A stretch of DNA of 64,000 bases from Clostridia bacterium (GTDB taxonomy: Bacteria > Bacillota > Clostridia > Christensenellales > UBA3700). The position numbers and the translations under genes are program-made. Below are positions 62,203 through 64,000 of this stretch, piece after piece (within the stretch, counting starts at the first letter, position 1; the number at the start of each line of letters is the position of its first letter). The notes under the pieces were generated by a model. It saw only the letters and a program-made list of their open reading frames with translations, was not told the DNA's origin and did no database searches. The DNA lies in assembly GCA_029061605.1 (NCBI GenBank), contig JAIDRT010000012.1, positions 66,239-130,238 of the forward strand, given 5' to 3'.

Positions 62203-64000
62203 AGTAAAATTGCATTGCTTGGAAAATATAAAGAAAAATCACAAGACGAAGCATTCTTAACGGTTTGCAGTGACAGTCTTTGTAGAAATTGTTTTTGATA
62301 TAAAGTATTAAAAACAATCTGGAAAAGCATAGCAATATTGGAAGTCTGCATAATTTAATATCCGTAATTTTAAAATTTAATTATTATATTTTATATAATA
62401 ATTAAAAATTTTCATTTGTGTTTTAATACTTATTCACGTAAAACATTTTGATTGACAAATTATATAGATAATGATTAATCCAATTTGCTTTTTAAACTAT
62501 TTTTTATCAATGCATAATGAATTTGAGGTCTGTTTATACTGTCCCTGTGTGAATGATCTATTTGTTTAACGTGAAAACAACGTACTGCTTCTAATTTTGC
62601 GTTGTATATAGAATATAGAGGGAATTGAAAATTGTGAATAATAAATGACCGCTTGGTTTAATTGGTTGCTGTGTCGTAATCGTTTAATGTGAAAAATTAG
62701 TATTAAGATAAAATTTAGGGAAAGAGATACAGATGGCTATGTTGATGCTACGCTAATATAATCGGATTTGATTTGAAAGTTAAGTCTATGCAAGTAATAA
62801 AAGTAAATTTGTGACATTTATATGATGAAGTATCAAAATTCTTATTGATACATCACCGGTGGACATAAGTGTGCTGATAGTGCCCCAAATAAGACTGTGA
62901 TTTGTTGATTATGTGACAATTAAGTCTAAAATTTAGAAACAAGTCCAATTTTGATGTATTGAAATTGTTGCAATGTTTCACGTGTAACGTTGCAGTTATG
63001 TCTTTGGGTATTAGAATTTGATTATAAGATTATGCAATTTAAGCGGTGCTGTAGAATTGATATTCTTAATCAACAATATACGGTTTGCATCAATTTAACT
63101 TGATCAAAAAAGCCTTTGGCAAGTTATTGTGTGCTGCGATTATCAGAGTGCTAGGGTTTATAAAGCGAAGAATGTGAAAAAAACGCAACATAGTTGTATG
63201 ATAGGCAATACTAAAACGTAAACAATTAGATTTGCTGCGGCAATGCGGCTTGCTATAAATTCAGTACAGTTTCACTACTCTTTTGCTCTTTGTTAAAGCA
63301 AGTTGCCAAACAATCGTTGGAGATTGTTAAATGCTATCTGCCTGTTGAGTTAAAGTCTGTCTGGGGCCTCTAAATTAACATTAAACAAAATATATAAATG
63401 TGTTGCGTTAATACATAAGTTCACGTAAAACATAGTTTTGATAAATCTATTTTGCTGTTCTAAAGATTATTTTGTATCAGTTTGCATCAGTATCAAATAT
63501 TTGAGCGATGTGGTGGGATAACGATATGCTTGGCGTAGGCTTAAAAATTTTACAAGGCAATCATAAGCAAGTTATAGATGTTGACTTATAAGGCCGTATT
63601 TTTGTTGCTACGTGTTTGTAAATAGTTGAGAATTGAAAGGGCGATCTGTTTAGTATATAAATCTGCTTATGATAATTTAATAATTGGCTGGCATTATATC
63701 ACTAAAAGGAATAAGGGTTAAATGATTTATCCATAAATAAAATGATAGCGCAAGATTTCGGAGCAAATTATAGATGTTTAGGTAAAAACGGAATTAAAGT
63801 TGTGTAAAACGTGTTTTCACGTGTTGTGTGATTTTAATATTAGTATATCGCAAATATAAGAATTGCATTAAGTGTTGTTGACTATTTGCAATAATTGTGT
63901 TTTGGCTAGTAAAGTGTGTTTGCTATAATGATGTCAATGCGGTAATTAAGGATGGCATAAATGTTGATCTGACGCACAGAAAGTTTATAAGTGTCTCAAC
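62203..64000. other. extended ORF-free region flanking rpmH, candidate oriC / centromere-like region or long non-coding locus; continues past window end
   Basis: The only ORF of at least 60 aa on either strand in 62203-64000 is a 62-aa ORF at 62163-62351 that overlaps the rpmH promoter. The plus strand is visibly G>C. The region carries repeated A(C/T)GTGAAAA(C/A) / parS-like motifs. Confidence 0.5.
62365..62412. other. 48-nt pure A/T tract (candidate DNA-unwinding element)
   Basis: taattttaaaatttaattattatattttatataataattaaaaatttt contains no G or C when read base by base. Confidence 0.5.

Noticed and set aside
62163-62351. 62-aa minus-strand ORF upstream of rpmH.
   Set aside because: It overlaps the consensus rpmH promoter and the A/T-rich tract, has no RBS, and its composition is typical of a chance ORF.
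1-64000. Search by eye for tRNA, rRNA, tmRNA, RNase P RNA, SRP RNA, transposase or integrase genes.
   Set aside because: I found no cloverleaf-like GTTCGAATC/TPsiC signatures, no GAGGAAAGTCC RNase P core, no rRNA-like stretches and no transposase or integrase motifs. A proper scan with tRNAscan-SE, Infernal and ISfinder is still needed to confirm their absence.

Overview
The window looks like a low-GC Bacillota (Clostridia-like) chromosome segment covering the replication-origin neighbourhood. About 80% is coding and most genes are on the minus strand. All calls come from reading the sequence and the ORF track by eye, with no searches or computations run. Recognisable core genes are gyrA, gyrB, recF, dnaA, dnaN, parB, rsmG, mnmG, mnmE, jag, yidC, yidD, rnpA and rpmH (rpmH is hand-called and absent from the ORF track). 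Others are ftsH, fba, a ROK glucokinase, yyaC, and a partial ilvB that runs off the left edge. The origin gene order is not canonical. dnaA-dnaN (+) diverges from recF...gyrB-gyrA (-) and lies about 11 kb from rpmH. mnmE is inverted and no parA/soj is present. rpmH is followed by at least 1.85 kb without ORFs, containing a 48-nt pure A/T tract and repeated parS-like / DnaA-box-like motifs. Accessory content includes a Cys-type membrane sulfatase with its anSME maturase, two TetR regulators, two MATE pumps and a GH36-like alpha-galactosidase. It also includes a GH18 lipoprotein, a cobalamin riboswitch controlling a DUF4430 lipoprotein plus an ECF S-component, and an AT-rich restriction-modification island with a C protein and two different nuclease genes. 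The best candidate for an undescribed system is the tightly coupled minus-strand cluster at 19025-24387. It encodes two DUF1292 proteins, an apparently catalytically intact ClpP, a Sel1-repeat protein with a Walker-A-less Lon-like AAA+ module, a soluble VirD4/TraG-like ATPase without TM helices, and an FtsK-gamma-like wHTH protein. No other conjugation or phage genes accompany it. A cytosolic FtsH-like protein with a degenerate AAA module lies 5 kb away. Intergenic regions hold a modular hairpin repeat family with clear compensatory covariation, and a second 164-bp repeat family that flanks glk in inverted orientation. A 54-nt perfectly alternating pyrimidine-purine tract lies upstream of gyrBA. 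Four genes (recF, dnaA, mnmE and a small XRE gene) share a TATAAT-like box, N6, ATG geometry that suggests leaderless mRNAs. I saw no tRNA, rRNA, CRISPR array, transposase or integrase.
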